A stretch of DNA of 64,000 nucleotides from the NCBI RefSeq assembly GCF_006345805.1, contig NC_042998.1:19220001-19284000 (forward strand), given 5' to 3'. A program made the translations under genes and the position numbers. Under the pieces are notes generated by a model. It was not told where the DNA came from, searched no databases, and was given only the letters and a program-made list of their open reading frames with translations. This DNA is from Octopus sinensis (Eukaryota). This document shows positions 14,500 to 28,952 of the stretch, one piece after another. Every line of letters begins with the position of its first letter. Positions within the stretch are counted from its first letter, which is position 1.

Positions 14500-14783
14500 C
14501 AAATATTTTATAATTATAAACATAATTATAATTAGGGTTCAGCTAATTGCTTCACCACATACCGAATTTAGAAAAGGAGTTAAAAATTCCTTTTCTACTA
14601 CTGTAAAGAATCTCCGTGACAGTAACGTACTTTTTTATGTAGGCAAGAGAAAAACAATGAATCAACACGACCAGGATTAGAGGAGTAGAAAAAAATCTTT
14701 GACTCCTGTTTTTAAATTCGGTATGTGGTGAAGCAATTAGCCGAACCCTCATTATAATTATGTTTATAATTATAAAATATTTG
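14500..14783. repeat. MITE-like/fold-back element, ~100-bp inverted arms (14500-14602 / 14681-14783)
   Basis: GCTAATTGCTTCACCACATACCGAATTT vs AAATTCGGTATGTGGTGAAGCAATTAGC. Confidence 0.9.
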
Positions 14784-14789
14784 CATATG

Positions 14790-14874
<85 letters not shown>

Positions 14875-14875
14875 G

Positions 14876-14909
<34 letters not shown>

Positions 14910-14930
14910 ATATAATATATATATATATAT
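14790..14930. repeat. (TCTA)n plus (TA)n microsatellite
   Basis: Direct inspection. Confidence 0.95.
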
Positions 14931-16858
14931 ATTCAACTTATGATGAAAATGTTTGCTTTAGAAGTGTTGAGATGTACTGATAGATACAGAAATAATTTAT
15001 TCTCAAACACATGATAATGCTAATACAATAGTATTAGCATGATAAAATATCCATATATTGCAGAAAAAATCGTTACCGGCCAGCCAAGAGATTCTAATCC
15101 CTGTCAGTACGCGTCAAGTGCTTTGTCTTTAAGCTAAACTGCCCAGTAACGAATTGTTCTTCACTTTTATGAGTTATACATCTAGCTTTATAAGACGCTA
15201 ACTTTAAATTCTCCGACTTGAAAATATATTTCGACGATGCAGCAAATATTACACCTGAAAGTTTCTCTGACCTTTTGAGTGACTAAATACTTTTCGCAAA
15301 CTTAGCTATTCATTATAGCAGGATTGTATCAGTGCTAATTCCTCTACACACGGACTTTCGGCAACGATATTTTACTCTCATTAGGCTATTCATTGCGCTC
15401 ATGGATCTATAGATATCCAGTGCATATGCAGGCGTCGATTCGCAGATGACAACGCTACTCACTTTCTCATATAATCCAATCTCCGTCAGCTTGTTAACAT
15501 TTTTGCCAGTGCATTTTCAACGATACTAGAATTCTTGATTTCAACCTTATTGTCTCTGATACCACTTTAAATTAATTTCATCACCTTCCGTCTTTTTGAA
15601 GTATTCTTTCGAACAAATCTAATTATGTGAAGTACGTGGAACAAATAATTACTTCAACCCATTCAACTTTTGAAAATCTGATCGAAATGGTTTTTAACAT
15701 CGCGTAACTTAAGCATCTATCAAAAATTGTCAAATTACCGCCATTGCAACATTATTGTAAATTTGTGTTACATGCATAATTCAAAAGTTTCGTACTACCT
15801 TAAACAACAAAAGAATGTTATAACAAAGCCAAGAATATCGTCCCATATAAAAAGTCAACTTTCGAAGCATGTCGTTAAAACAGAAGAGAGATTTACTTGT
15901 CGAATTCTTTGCAATGAATTAACCAAAGGGATAAGGCCAGAAAGATGTTCTTTCCACTATTAACACAGCAGATAATGTCTGCTTTCATAATGATTAACAT
16001 GAGCATATAAATATGAGAACATGAACTTGAGAATCGTTTCAGCTAACGTAATTCTATTAGCATTCTTACCATGTTTTATAGTAGGTGTCGAATAAAAAAA
16101 TTGAATAAAAATTAGAAAATAGTGTAAAATTCTTCAGCAATAAATACACCTCCAACATTTCTTTGCTGTCTTTATGCCTGGCTGTTTTATGCAGTAATCT
16201 GTTTTCTCAGTCATCAATGCTGTCAACCTGAAAAAACCGCTCAGGTAGGAACGAATTAAAATTCTTGCATAATGGAGACCGCTGACGACGGTTAGATTCA
16301 TTACGAAAAATCTGAAAGGATATCCAAGCAGCTACGTTTGAAAATTATTATATCCAGTGTTAACAGGTTTAATACTCTTCCAACGAAGTCATTTCTTCAA
16401 ACCATGAACTTTAATACTTCATATCAAAGCCTTGTGAAGCTTAAGTTCAATATATTTCTGTGTTCATTTCTAGGCAATGTATTGCTTGATGTAAATATTT
16501 CATGCTACACGTGACACGGAGTCTAACTATAGTCGACTAGGTAAGGAGATTTGATTGCAAACATGAGATAAACGGGTCAATGTGTGGAGTCTTACCTAGA
16601 TGTCATTTAAATATAAACTCGGGTGGAACCATACCTTGTGGAAAGAGTAACTGCATAGTATCGCACAATCTGCCCTTGCTGATACTGCCGGAGAACAAAT
16701 CAAAGGATAGCTTTCTGAGGGCTTATTCAGCCACTTATTAATCAATAAGAATACGAATAAGAATCAGAATACGTCATTAATCGAACAATTGCATCCTCAT
16801 CGTCCAATTACTCAGAAGCACTGCGCAAGCACACAGTTATACACACACACACACTCAC

Positions 16859-17053
16859 GCAGGCGTGGTTGTGTCGTAAGAAGCTAGCTTCTCAACCGCA
16901 TGGTTCCAGGTTCAGTACCACTGCATGGTACTTGGGTAAGTGTATTTTACTATTGATTCCGGCTCACCAAAGTCTTGTGAATGGATTGGCTATACGGAAA
17001 CTGAAATAAGCCCATTTACTTTATATATGTATATGTATATGTATATATATATG

Positions 17054-17087
<34 letters not shown>

Positions 17088-17107
17088 GGGGGTGTGTGCG
17101 TGTGTGT

Positions 17108-17150
<43 letters not shown>

Positions 17151-17435
17151 TCAGTGTGTATGTGTATATATAAATATATGTATGTATGTATATATATATA
17201 TATATATATAGATAACAATGCGTGTGTCTTTGTGCTTGAGTTTCTCGTCTTTCACTGCTTGAGAACCGGTGTTGGTGTGTTTCTATCCAAGTAACTTAGA
17301 GTTTCGGCATAAGTCACCGATAGAATAAGTACAAGGATTTTAAAAAGCCCTGGTTTTGTTTTGTTCCACTAAAATCTCGTCAAGTCGGTGTCCTAGCATA
17401 ACCGCTGTGAAACTGAAATAAATAAAAACAAAAGG
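16859..17435 (+). mobile_element. SINE family B, full length with internal (TA)/(TG) microsatellite
   Basis: tRNA-like head, CORE-like CTTGGGTAAGTG segment, internal microsatellite 17020-17210, 3' tail GTCGGTGTCCTAGCATAACC...ACTGAAATAAAT. Confidence 0.8.
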
Positions 17436-17598
17436 CAATATACATGCACACACACACGTACACACACACAAATATATACACAGACATACATGCATTTATA
17501 CATATATATATATATACATGTATATATACATAATATATATATATGTGTGTGTGTGTATGTATAGGTACAATAAATTCAGGGTGAATACTTGATGTGTG

Positions 17599-17672
<74 letters not shown>

Positions 17673-20517
17673 TATACACATATATATATATATATTATAT
17701 ATATATTCATACATACATATATATATTCATGCATACACACAAATTAGGCGAAGAATTCACTTGGCCTCCGGGTAAAATGCAGTCCCTCAGTAAGTAGATC
17801 CAATTAATATTAGCAAATTTCCCATGAACGTTAAACGTTGCTATCTATATAATCTATATACGCCCTAATTAACTCGACTCTGACAATGATATTGCTGCAT
17901 TTTTTTTACGTCACATTTTTTGTTTTTGTTTAGCTATTTCATTTCGCTTTCCTTCACATTTAGTTACGCATAATAAACACATCTTTGTCTTTAAATCTAC
18001 GTAATTACTTTTGATCTAAAATATCCGACTCACTCTAGAGTGTCATGATTAGAAATATTTAAGTATGCAATTTGGAATATACTACATATCAAAACCAAAA
18101 TATCAAAACCAAAATATATTAGTTTTTACTGAGAGAAAATCAATATCTTTTTGACAGGTACAATATAATATATTAAATTTTATATTACATTAATCGTATT
18201 AAATTATTTCTATTTTTCAGAGGCATCGATGCAGTCAAAAGTCGTTCAAATCACAAAGTTTGAATTCCAGCGCCTATGAGATATTTCTATTTTTCACTAA
18301 AGTTCCAGATGGTGACTTGTAGATTTTTTTTCATTCACATGATCAGGAACGACTTGTGGAAGAACATCATCTTTAAAACATAGACCTCTAATATACAAAG
18401 GGATAGTAGAACTAGAAAATAACCTGTCTAGGATTCATGTAAGTTTTATAGGCGGCCAAGCTAGAACATATATTTTACTAAGCTTTTAGTTTATTGTATT
18501 TCTTTACTTAGCAGCATTATATTTTAACAACATTTACTGAATGCAACAATCGAGAGAATGTGAATATTATTATAGATTCATAACGGAGCTTACATATATA
18601 TATTGTTAAACTTTTTATTGGTTACATTTATCAAATGGAAATACATTTCTTCAGTCGATTCAAAACGTGATGCTATGTTCCTCTGTCCAATAATAACACT
18701 GTTAGTGATGAAAAAGCCTAGTCTTAAATCAATACCAATCGGTAGCCTATTGTGAAAGAATTATCGAAAGAAAGCGAGATTTTATTTGTCGATTCCAATG
18801 ATATAAACAAATGTTTGATTCCATCAACTGGATATCGATGTCCAAATTATTAAGAATGAATAGACAGCAGGTGATACCAACATAAGTGATGGAACACTAT
18901 GAAAAAGACAGCAAATCTTTAAAACTCAACACAGAATTAACAAATCTTTGCAGAAAAGAAACCTAACACATAGTATATAATACACAATAAAGGCAGACAT
19001 CAAGTTTGAATAATTTATATACCAGCGACCATTTAAGTATACAAGCAAACATATCCTGTTCATTCAGAGAGGAGTAGACAGGTGCAAACATGTACACATA
19101 CATCTGTTCAAAAGGAATATTGATAACTACTCACGTTTCGACACTTTACATATATATGTTGTCATTTTAGATGACAGGTTTTTATAATATCATTCAACTC
19201 TTCCTGCCGAAAATAGCTGGAAATATAGCTATATCAAGTTTATATTTAATATGCTACATAAAAATGATTGGTTGTTCACAGGCAATTCCTTATATGAATC
19301 GTTATGTAATTTTAACTATCCAATACACAGTCATTGTAATTAAGATATAACGATTCCAAACTTAATATTGATGCATTTATTGAAAATCAAATCCTACTGA
19401 CATGTTCCTTATATTATGATAGATGTAACTAATAACAGAAAATTGGAAAGATTCTACATTACTCTAAAGTTGACAATTGTGGAAACACCGTTTGTGTTAA
19501 CTGGAATAATAAATGTAAATGGATAATTCAATATTGCATATTGTGAATATTCGATAAATATAAAGCTAAAAGTATATCGTTTTGTTTTTCTCTTCTTACT
19601 AGCCATACAAAGAGGAGTCGTCCCTATGCATTTTTATTAGCATACTTGCATCGGTTGGTTAAAATTGAAAGCTGTTGGTTCAAATGGTCCAAATGCATCT
19701 CACAGGGTGGAGCTTGTTAAAAGCAGCCAAATATCTGTAGTTAGTATTAGAACGTGTGATATTTTGTAGGTCTGAAATATAGGAATGCGTGCAGTACATC
19801 TGTCCGGTTTCTTTAGTTTCGTTCTATTTAAGGACACTGACGGAAATACCATCCTGGGAAAATGTCACACTGCAAAAATTCCACATTGCGAAAATATCGA
19901 CCTACAATGCGTACTAGCAAATTTTCCGTTGTAACCAGGTGAACTATATATTGGTACATTAGGTTCATAAAAGAACTTTGTGAATTAAAAAAAAAACCTT
20001 TCAATTGTCGGATAAATACAATGATGTATTTCCCCGGATCTTTAGTTTCTGAGATCATGTTCCATCGAGGTGAACATTGCTCCTAAAACTCTCAATTTCA
20101 TAAAATCGACTGCCGTTGGTTGTTCTCCCATTTGACTCTATGCACCTGTTCTCTGAGAACTTAATTAAACCTGTAAAAAACACTTATGTGGCGCACCCAC
20201 CTGACACTGTGCCCGATTTGGAGATAGCTGTGAGGTATTCACATTTCAAATATCAAACTCCTCTGCCATTCCTTGGTTTTTATTCAATCAAAGACTGTTA
20301 AAGTAACAAGCTAGAGAAAACTCATCTACCTGGTTTTAATTAAATTTGTTCACAGTCAGGAAATTGCAGAGATGTAGCAATCTCGGAGCATACCAGAATA
20401 TCATCAATCATAGATTACACATTCCTCCATATCATGTGCCTGAAAAATGGAAAGCATCACTTCAGGAAATGCAGAAATCCACACAATTTAGTTTGGTGAA
20501 ATACACTGAGCAAGATA

Positions 20518-20910
20518 TGTAGGCCGTGTTGTAATAAATGACGCCAGCTCGACTTCTTGGCGATAGATTCACATTGGCCTATTACGTATTTGTTGTGTGG
20601 ACGCCCCCAAACGACGAAGTAGACTAGCCCAATACGTAGATATAGAGGGAGACGTCTAGACGACGTAGACTTGAGAATAGAACACAGATGAGTAGCAGTC
20701 GGTAGACTAGAACAGAGTGAAGTAGAGTTGAGCAGTAGAAGGCATTCGAACGTGCGACCTAACAGTGGTGACAAGGATTTCGTAGCTCACACAGCAACTG
20801 TATAGTATTGCGATATAACAGTATTGTAACATGTTAGTCTACTCCACGTCTCACTTCTGTTTGTCTCGAAATTTTAACTCGAACCAAATAAGATCTCGAG
20901 CAACTTTACA
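20518..20910. mobile_element. Possible solo LTR
   Basis: GC-richer ~390-bp island starting TGTA and ending TTACA; no TSD found. Confidence 0.3.
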
Positions 20911-21107
20911 CAGCAGTCGTCTACCACGCTGCAATGCATTTAAACTCATCGATCTGCCTCTCTTGGTGTTAAATTTGATCTTCTATTCTGTTACCTCATC
21001 ATAATCTCTTATACTATCAATTAATCAACCACCGAATGGAAATAAAATAAAATTATTTCCTTCCTAGGATGAGGTAACAGCTACTAAAATTTCAGTTTTT
21101 CCTATTA

Positions 21108-22313
21108 TCAGGTTGTTCCGAAAATAATGGCCGATTTCAGACACATAATTTTATACTAGAAAAAATAACAATAGGGATGTTTTCATTGGGCAAAGTATGC
21201 GCCCTGAACATCTATGCGTCTCCCACCGATCAACGAGATCATTTATGCCTCGTTGATAAAAAATTATCGGCTTTGATGCTAAGAAATAATTGAAATCTGA
21301 TTCCACCTCTGGTTTGGATCTGAAAGTTGTATCAGTTGAAAACGTGTTTAAATGATTTAAAATGGTAGTCAGTGGGGACAAGATCAGGAGGATATGAAGG
21401 ATGTGGCAAGGTCTCGTATTTCAAATCATTCTTGCAACATGGGGTTTTACATTATCGTGGAGCAGAATTAGAGCACACTGATTCACCAATGCGGGTCTCA
21501 TCTTTTTGCAACTGAGCGTGAAATTCAACGAGTTGATTGCAGTAAAACCTCTTCTGTAATGCTCTGATTTGCTTCCAGAAAGCTGTAATGGACAACACCA
21601 ATTGCAGACCACCATACAATTATGATAATCTTTTACTGATGCAAATATCTAGGGGACTCTTCACGATCAGGCCATTGGCCTGATCGTTTACGGTTATCAT
21701 AAAGGATCAACAAGTGACTATTCGGTGCAGAAACGGATCATTGGTGTTTCGCAGAAAGAGCATAGTACACACTTCGGAAGCCGAACTTTTGAGTTTCATT
21801 GGGCTCATGCGGTACCTATTAATCGAGCTTTTTCACCTTACCAATCTTCTGCAGATTGCCTGAGAGCGTTGCAATACCGACACCAAGTGCATGAGACATT
21901 TCTCTGACACTTTGACGTGGATTTTGTTCAAACCTTGCTTTCAATTCTTCATTATCTAGACTGCTTGACTGTCCTCTACTTGAAGTCTCTCATCAACACT
22001 ACAGAATTTCTGAAACCACCTTCGTACTGTGCGATCAATTGCGAACCCCTCTTACCATACTCTGCAGATATTGGCAGCAGTTTGAGAGGTTTTGTGCCCA
22101 TGCTTGAACGCAGGTCTTTTTTCTGTCATGTTCAAAATTAAGGTGCCTCTGCTTCAGGAATGTTTTCAGTCTGAAATAATTAAAAAAGTATTAAAAGCAT
22201 ACATCAATTTAGAAGTATGTAGAAATTCACCAAAAATATAATTAAAATAATATGATAAAATTACGTTTCAAAACACACCACTTAGACCGGCCATTATTTT
22301 CGGAACAACCTAA
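21108..22313 (-). mobile_element. Degenerate full-length mariner element
   Basis: 26-bp TIRs TCAGGTTGTTCCGAAAATAATGGCCG / CGGCCATTATTTTCGGAACAACCTAA with TA TSD; minus-strand remnants DRTVRRWFQKF, NDPFLHRIVT, LLHDNVKPHVAR, LPHPSYPPDLVPTDYH, many frameshifts. Confidence 0.95.
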
Positions 22314-22356
22314 TATATACACGTGCACACACACACACACGCAAACATATATATAT

Positions 22357-22416
<60 letters not shown>

Positions 22417-22559
22417 AGTTATTAGAGGTAATGGTGTAAATAAGACCCAAAGGTGTCAGGTAATGCTGAGTAAGTGATATGGACAGACCATAGTTAGGGC
22501 ACCAGGTTAATATCTGTCAAAAAGTATGTTAGCGATGGTTCCCAGGATTCTGTAGCGTA

Positions 22560-22765
22560 TACATTTACAACTTACACTTCTCTCCTGAGGGGATGCATGT
22601 CCGTCGTAAAATTCCTTATTTTTGCCAGTTGAGGAGTGGAGTTTGTGAAACGAAAAGCAAAATTTCCTGCTCAAGGACACAACGCATCGCTCAGTTCATG
22701 AAACGAAACCACAATCTTACGATAATAACTCCAACACCCTAACCACTATCCTCCACGACTCCACC
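22560..22765 (-). mobile_element. Degenerate tRNA/CORE-like SINE (family C)
   Basis: Minus strand GGATAGTGGTTAGGGTGTTGG...GTGTCCTTGAGCAGG. Confidence 0.6.
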
Positions 22766-22884
22766 ATACATAGATACATACACACATGTATATATATATA
22801 TATTTGTGTGTGTGTGTATGTGCATATATATATATGTGTGTGTGTGTCTATATATATATACATATACATATATATGTATATACA

Positions 22885-22922
<38 letters not shown>

Positions 22923-23609
22923 ATATATATGTATATCCATTCTTGTTGCTTATTTTTGATTATATATAAATATATATATATATTTATATGCATATATATG
23001 TATGTATGTGTACATGTATGTATACACACACTCTCATATATATATATATATATGTCTGTGTGTGTGTGTGTATGTGTGTGTGTGTGTATGTGTATACATA
23101 TGCGTGTAGCTACCTACTTTGCATTAATGGAAGTGAGTGTAAGTGTTAAAGAGGAAAGGGTAAAGATGCGATAAGTGAGTGGTTGTGAAAGGGTGAATTT
23201 TAATCTAGTTTGTCTGGTGTGTATGCGTAAGTGTATATTCTAGATGTCAGGGATAAGAGCTTTACATAGTGAGAGGCCAGCTTCGCTAATAGAAATTAAA
23301 AACGTAAGGGGAAGATGAGAAGAAATTTAGAGTGATAAAGGGAGTGATAAGATAAGGGAAGGGAGGTTATACGCTGATATGATTTATTTATTTGAAAGCT
23401 TATTGTCTCAAGAGTATAGTCTTAATGTTTTATATTAATGTTATATAGTTAAGGGATAATGGAGTGAAACAACGAACGTAGAGTCTAGGAAACAGCGTCA
23501 ATCATAATTATGATATACGGAATAGGTCATGGTGATTATTAAAAGAAATAAGTGCAATTATGTTTGCTTTGTAAGAAGCATGCTTCTCAATAAAACAGTT
23601 TTGGGTTCT

Positions 23610-23930
23610 GTTTCCTTCGTGGCACATTCGACAAGTGAGCCAGCCCCCAAAATTGTGGCTTTTGTATGCTCAACGGAAACTGAGATAAGCCCGACTAAGA
23701 TATATATACAAATACACACACATATATCTATGTATGGTATTTATGTATAAATGTGCGTATCTATGAGTGGGTGTCTTTGCGTTTGTGCCTGTCCCAGCTT
23801 GACAATCAGGATGGGATCAATATAATATGTATCAGGCTAAAAAATAAGTAGGAGGGGTCGATTTCTTTGACTAAGCCCTTCAAGGTGTTGCCCCAGCATG
23901 GCTTCAATCCAATGACTGAAAACGAAAAGG
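23610..23930 (+). mobile_element. SINE family B, degenerate, 5'-truncated
   Basis: ACGGAAACTGAGATAAGCCC, internal microsatellite, tail TGCCCCAGCATGGCTTCAATCCAATGACTGAAAAC. Confidence 0.75.
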
Positions 23931-25193
23931 ACAAAAAGAAATAATAGACTGAAAGTGAAATACATTTTTGAGTCAGTATCATTCTTTTCATCTTAATTGT
24001 AGTTTTATAAGGAACGATCATCAACAACACAGATAAAAGCCATAACGATTAGCTATAAAACAAAATTTATACGTTTCAAAGCTATCAAATAAACTATAAT
24101 ACGTCTAATATAACAACGTCCTTTAACATGAGTTAAGTGACAATTTTAAAATCGATGAATCATAATAACCGAATGTAAGAAGTTTAATATTGATATCCAA
24201 TGCAGTAATTTTCACCAAGAAATTTCAAAATTAGAGAAGACTTACAATTTTCCTATCATTAATTTGAAAATTTTATCGCCGAGACAGAATAATCACTAAC
24301 AGATTTTAAACACAAATAAATCAAAGTATGAAAAAAGGAAGCCGTTGTAATACTGAGAAATGTATTCTCCCAGTATTTCATCGCGTCAAACACTCCGATT
24401 CCACAAAGACGTAGATATAAATGTTAATATTTTCAGACTGTCAAGTATCTATACAAGTACTATCACCTAATTGAACGTACGTCCACTTGAAACACAGTCG
24501 TACACACACATATAAAAGCTCTTAAGTCTGTATGTATGTATGTATATTTGTCTGTATGTATGCATAAATATTTGTGGATGTGTGCTTGTGGTGCATATGC
24601 TAGATATATTCAGAATACCATTCAGCAATATGTACAACAGGCATTATAGCACACACAAAGACACGTACATATATATGAACTATACAAGAACTATATACAT
24701 ACAAGAACTATATACATATGTGTGTGTGTACTTATGTATGCATGCACGCTTGTATAAATGTAAGTACGTAAATCACAACATAATGCTAACTTGCAATTTG
24801 GTGAAAATAATAGCTAACAGCAATTGTACTGAGAAACTTTACAAAACGCAATGAAATATAATTCGATATAAACTGACTAAATACTGCTCAAATGACGAAA
24901 TGTCTGCCTTTTTTCGTTGAAGTGCAAAAGTTTCAGACATACATAGTATGCTATAAACGACCGCCATATAAAATCTAGTTTTTGTAAAATTACTAATTTG
25001 AAAATATCTTCATTACGTACATATAGCAGTTAATGTTTCAGGAAGTGGAATTTTGGCATATACTACTCTTGTCTTCGTGTAATATGTTAAAATCTCGCTT
25101 GTTTCGCCACACTTATATTATATTATGAGGGAGTATCCAGCTTCTTTTGTGGCTGTAATGGCTGCTGCATATAATAAGTCATTTAGGTCAGTG

Positions 25194-25261
<68 letters not shown>

Positions 25262-25266
<5 letters not shown>

Positions 25267-25882
25267 TAGTTTTATTTTTTATAGCGTGCTTTCACTTCAC
25301 TACCGAGCGCAGCTCTGTGTGCCTTGGGTATGTGCTGTGATTTGTTGTGATGCTCTGATGGTTATTGTATGGAAAGTGTTCTGCGTAGGATGTGTGCAGT
25401 GCCTAGTAGTGCAATTTTCTGTATGTTATATGTGTTTGTAAGTCCTGGTGTTTTTGTTATGTGTTTGTCTGAATATTTTTTTATCATGCCTAACGCACCT
25501 ACTATGATAGGAATTGTTTCTGTTTTCAGGTTCCACATTCTAGTTACCTCTCTTTCCAGGTCTTTGTATTTTGAGAGTTTCTCCATTTCTTTTAGAGACA
25601 CGTTGTCATCTGCCGGTATTGATACATCAATTCGAAAGCATTTTTTTTCTTCATGATCTCTGACAACTATATCTGGTCTGTTGGCCTTAATTTCTCTATC
25701 TGTGTGTATCGGCATATCCCAGAGTATGGTTGCTTTCTCGTTTTCTGTGACCTTTTCTGGTGTGTGCCTATACCATCTTTTTTCTGTTGTTATTCCATAA
25801 TGTTGGCATAGCTTCCAATGTATGTAGGTTCCAACTCTGTCATGTCTGTGAATATATTCCTTCTTAGCCAGGACTGGGCAGC
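25262..25882 (-). mobile_element. R4/Dong-like non-LTR retrotransposon, 3' 620 bp
   Basis: ORF 25362-25715 RPDIVVRD...IDVSIPADDNVSLKEMEK...PIIVGALG (restriction-like endonuclease); near-identical to 45880-46495; (TTA)n on both sides. Confidence 0.92.
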
Positions 25883-26045
<163 letters not shown>

Positions 26046-27005
26046 GTTGTTTTAGAGAGATAATATATTTTTCTGAATATTATTGCAATACTGAAAATAT
26101 ATAAAATTTATCGAAGATTCATTATGTAACTTAAATTTTTTTTAATTATGTTTTAGCAATATAAGTCAAATTATGGCAGCATTTATTCGTAATTTTACTT
26201 ATATTTAATTCCTGTATGGTAATACCAGTTACAGTCAGGGCGCTAGATTAATGAAGTTCCACACGATATTTTGACTGTGACAGTCAAACCGTTTCCTAGA
26301 GCACGTTTCCCCTCCACCCACACACACCCACACGCACACATACATATATATATGTATGTACGACTTATCCGACTCTGTTCTTCCTTTGTTTTATTCTTTC
26401 CTTCTTTTCAGGCTTACTTCATTCTTTCGTTCTCCCTCTCTCACATTTCCCATGCCTTCTCCGTATGCTCACTTTCCCTCCTCTTTCACTTCACAGTGTT
26501 CCTGTCACTTTTCTTCTCCCTCCTTATTTTTCAGTCCCTCTGCCTCTACCTCTCTCTCTTCTCTCCCCACGTGACCGGTGTTCGTCCAAGCCTAACCTTT
26601 CTTTATTTGTTCGGCAGCTGTCCGTGCAACATCTATATTTCTCCCTGTGCCTATGAAACTTTGTACCGCTGCATCAATTAATTCGTCCTTAGTGGAAAGA
26701 CAACTGTTGTTATGTCATCTCATTTGTATTTGTGTAACATTCTCCGTCTTTTTAGTCCTCGTTTTCGTATATATTCGCCGCTTTTTTCCAATGAATCTAA
26801 TGCTCTTAGATTAGTTTTTCCTTGGGGCTGGCCAGATTGGAGCAATCTCGAGTATCACCAGACGAAATTGCAAATATAATCTGGAACTCGCCTAAGGAAA
26901 GTAAACTCCGAATGACCCGTCCTTGCTTTCTTTGTATCGTCTGTCTGAATGTTTTGTTGTCCTCTTTTTTGTATCCCCTATCTGGATGTTTTACGTTCTT
27001 GTTCC

Positions 27006-27076
<71 letters not shown>

Positions 27077-27239
27077 TTATATAATAACTGTACATATAAT
27101 ACATATCATAATAATATTTATTCTCTGATTTTAACTCGACAGTTTATAAATACAAAGGGCCGTAAAATGATGAGCTAACCTGAGGCTGAATCAAACCCAC
27201 AAATCGATGTTTTCATGATTCCTTGTGAATCTGATTGGA

Positions 27240-27310
27240 CAGATGCTAATCGACTGGGGCCCTCCCCAAAACCTTCGAGCCTTGTGCCTAGAGTACAAAA
27301 GAATCAAGTC
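27240..27310 (+). mobile_element. SINE family A alternative 3' tail fragment
   Basis: CCCTCCCCAAAACCTTCGAGCCTTGTGCCTAGAGTACAAAAG matches 28605-28650. Confidence 0.65.
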
Positions 27311-27931
27311 CTATTCAAAACATATGTGTGTGTGTTGAGAGAGAGAGAGAGAGAACGAGCTATATATGTGGTTGTGTAACATACGATTGCTTGTTATATC
27401 GTACATAGTATTTTGTATAGAGAAAAGAAGTCGTATTATTTACTGGAATTTGATTCATATTTATTTGAGTGCCATAGAAGTTTTGAAATGGATAGTGCTG
27501 AGGCTATATTTTTCTCAATTTTATATTTAATTAAGTTGATTGTCTGGATTTTTACAGTAACGTAAAAAAAATACCCTGTTGTGTTTGTCACGTGGTTTTC
27601 ACTTTTTACCATTTAAACATCTCACCGAAAGCAATTTTACTTTCACCGCAAGCTTTTGATAAAACAAATACTTCCTCCCAAATGTGTCATCGAGAGATAA
27701 TGTTTTATATTATTGAATTCGCCAAGCTTCGCTATTTCAGTGTAACGCCCAACCTCATAAAAGTAACATGTTTAGTGTGGCTCGTGTAGATTATGTATAA
27801 TTGTATAATTGTTATACATGTATGTATATTCTTGTAATTGTCATTTTAGTAAATAAATAAATAAATTGATATAATATAATGTCTAAAATTTGATGAACCA
27901 CCTATTGAACCCCTCCATTTTCTTATTGCTG

Positions 27932-27964
<33 letters not shown>

Positions 27965-28080
27965 GTAGTTATGATGCCAAGCATTGTCACTTGATACTAA
28001 AACACGGACAAACCGGAGACTATGCAAAGTTTTCTAAGACCAGTCATGTGACTATCCTTTACCAATTAAGATCTATTCAA

Positions 28081-28651
28081 AGGCGGTGAGCTGACAGAAT
28101 CTTTTGCATGCCAGGCGAAATGCTTAGTGGTACTTCGTCTGCCGTTACGTTCTGAGTTCAAATTCCGCCGAGGTCGACTTTGCCTTTCATTCTTTCGGGG
28201 TCGATAAATTAAGCACCATTTACGCACTGGGGTCGATAAATTCGACTTAATCCGTTTGTCTGTCCTTGCTTGTCCTCTCTGTGTTTGGCCCTTTGTGAGT
28301 AGTAAAGAAATAGAAATAGGTATTTTGTCTGCCGTTACGTTCTGAGTTCAAATACCGCTGAGGTCGACTTTGCGTGTCATCCTTTCGGGGTCGATTAAAT
28401 TAGTACCAGTTACGCACTGGGGTCGATATAATCGACTTAATCCATTTCTCTGTCCTTGTTTGTCCTCTCTGTGTTTAGCCCCTTGCGGGTAGTAAAGAAA
28501 TAGGTATTTCGTCTGACTTTACGTTCTGAGTTCAAATTCCTCCGATGTCGAATTTGCCTTTCATAACATCGGGGTCGATAAATTGAGTACCAGTTGCGTA
28601 CTGGCCCCCTCCCCGAAAGGTTCGCGCTTTGTGCCTAGAGTAGAAAGGAAT
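28081..28651 (+). mobile_element. SINE family A trimer (head + three tandem core units)
   Basis: Units 2 and 3 start at 28319 and 28503 (period 184 bp); last unit ends in the alternative tail. Confidence 0.9.
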
Positions 28652-28952
28652 CAAGTACTACTCAAAACTTATATTAATTTAAGACATGAACTCCCTTCGA
28701 AGCAAAACAGTTGTTACACAAGCCACGTGTTAAATTTTTGAAAATCAGAGAAAATGAAAACCGATTAAATCTTTGAATATAGAAACAAGTATCTTCAATG
28801 GAATTTTAGCTACACTTTTTCCTATATTTCCAGCCGTGTGAGATGAAAAGAAACCTTCAGAGAAGAATGGCCGAAACCTCTCTCCACACCAGACATAGAC
28901 ATGAAACTAGTGTATTTCATGTCTTTTATGCACGCTATGTGCTACATAAAGT

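Noticed and set aside
18903-19640. Plus-strand frame with only 6 internal stops in about 246 codons
   Set aside because: No recognisable motif; such stop depletion can occur by chance somewhere in six frames of 64 kb
26845-26895. CCAGACGA...GGAACTCG hammerhead-like spacing
   Set aside because: Both boxes mutated and stems weak
28081-28651. Regularly spaced repeats with internal palindromes resembling a CRISPR array
   Set aside because: Units are 184-bp SINE cores with no unique spacers, in a eukaryotic context
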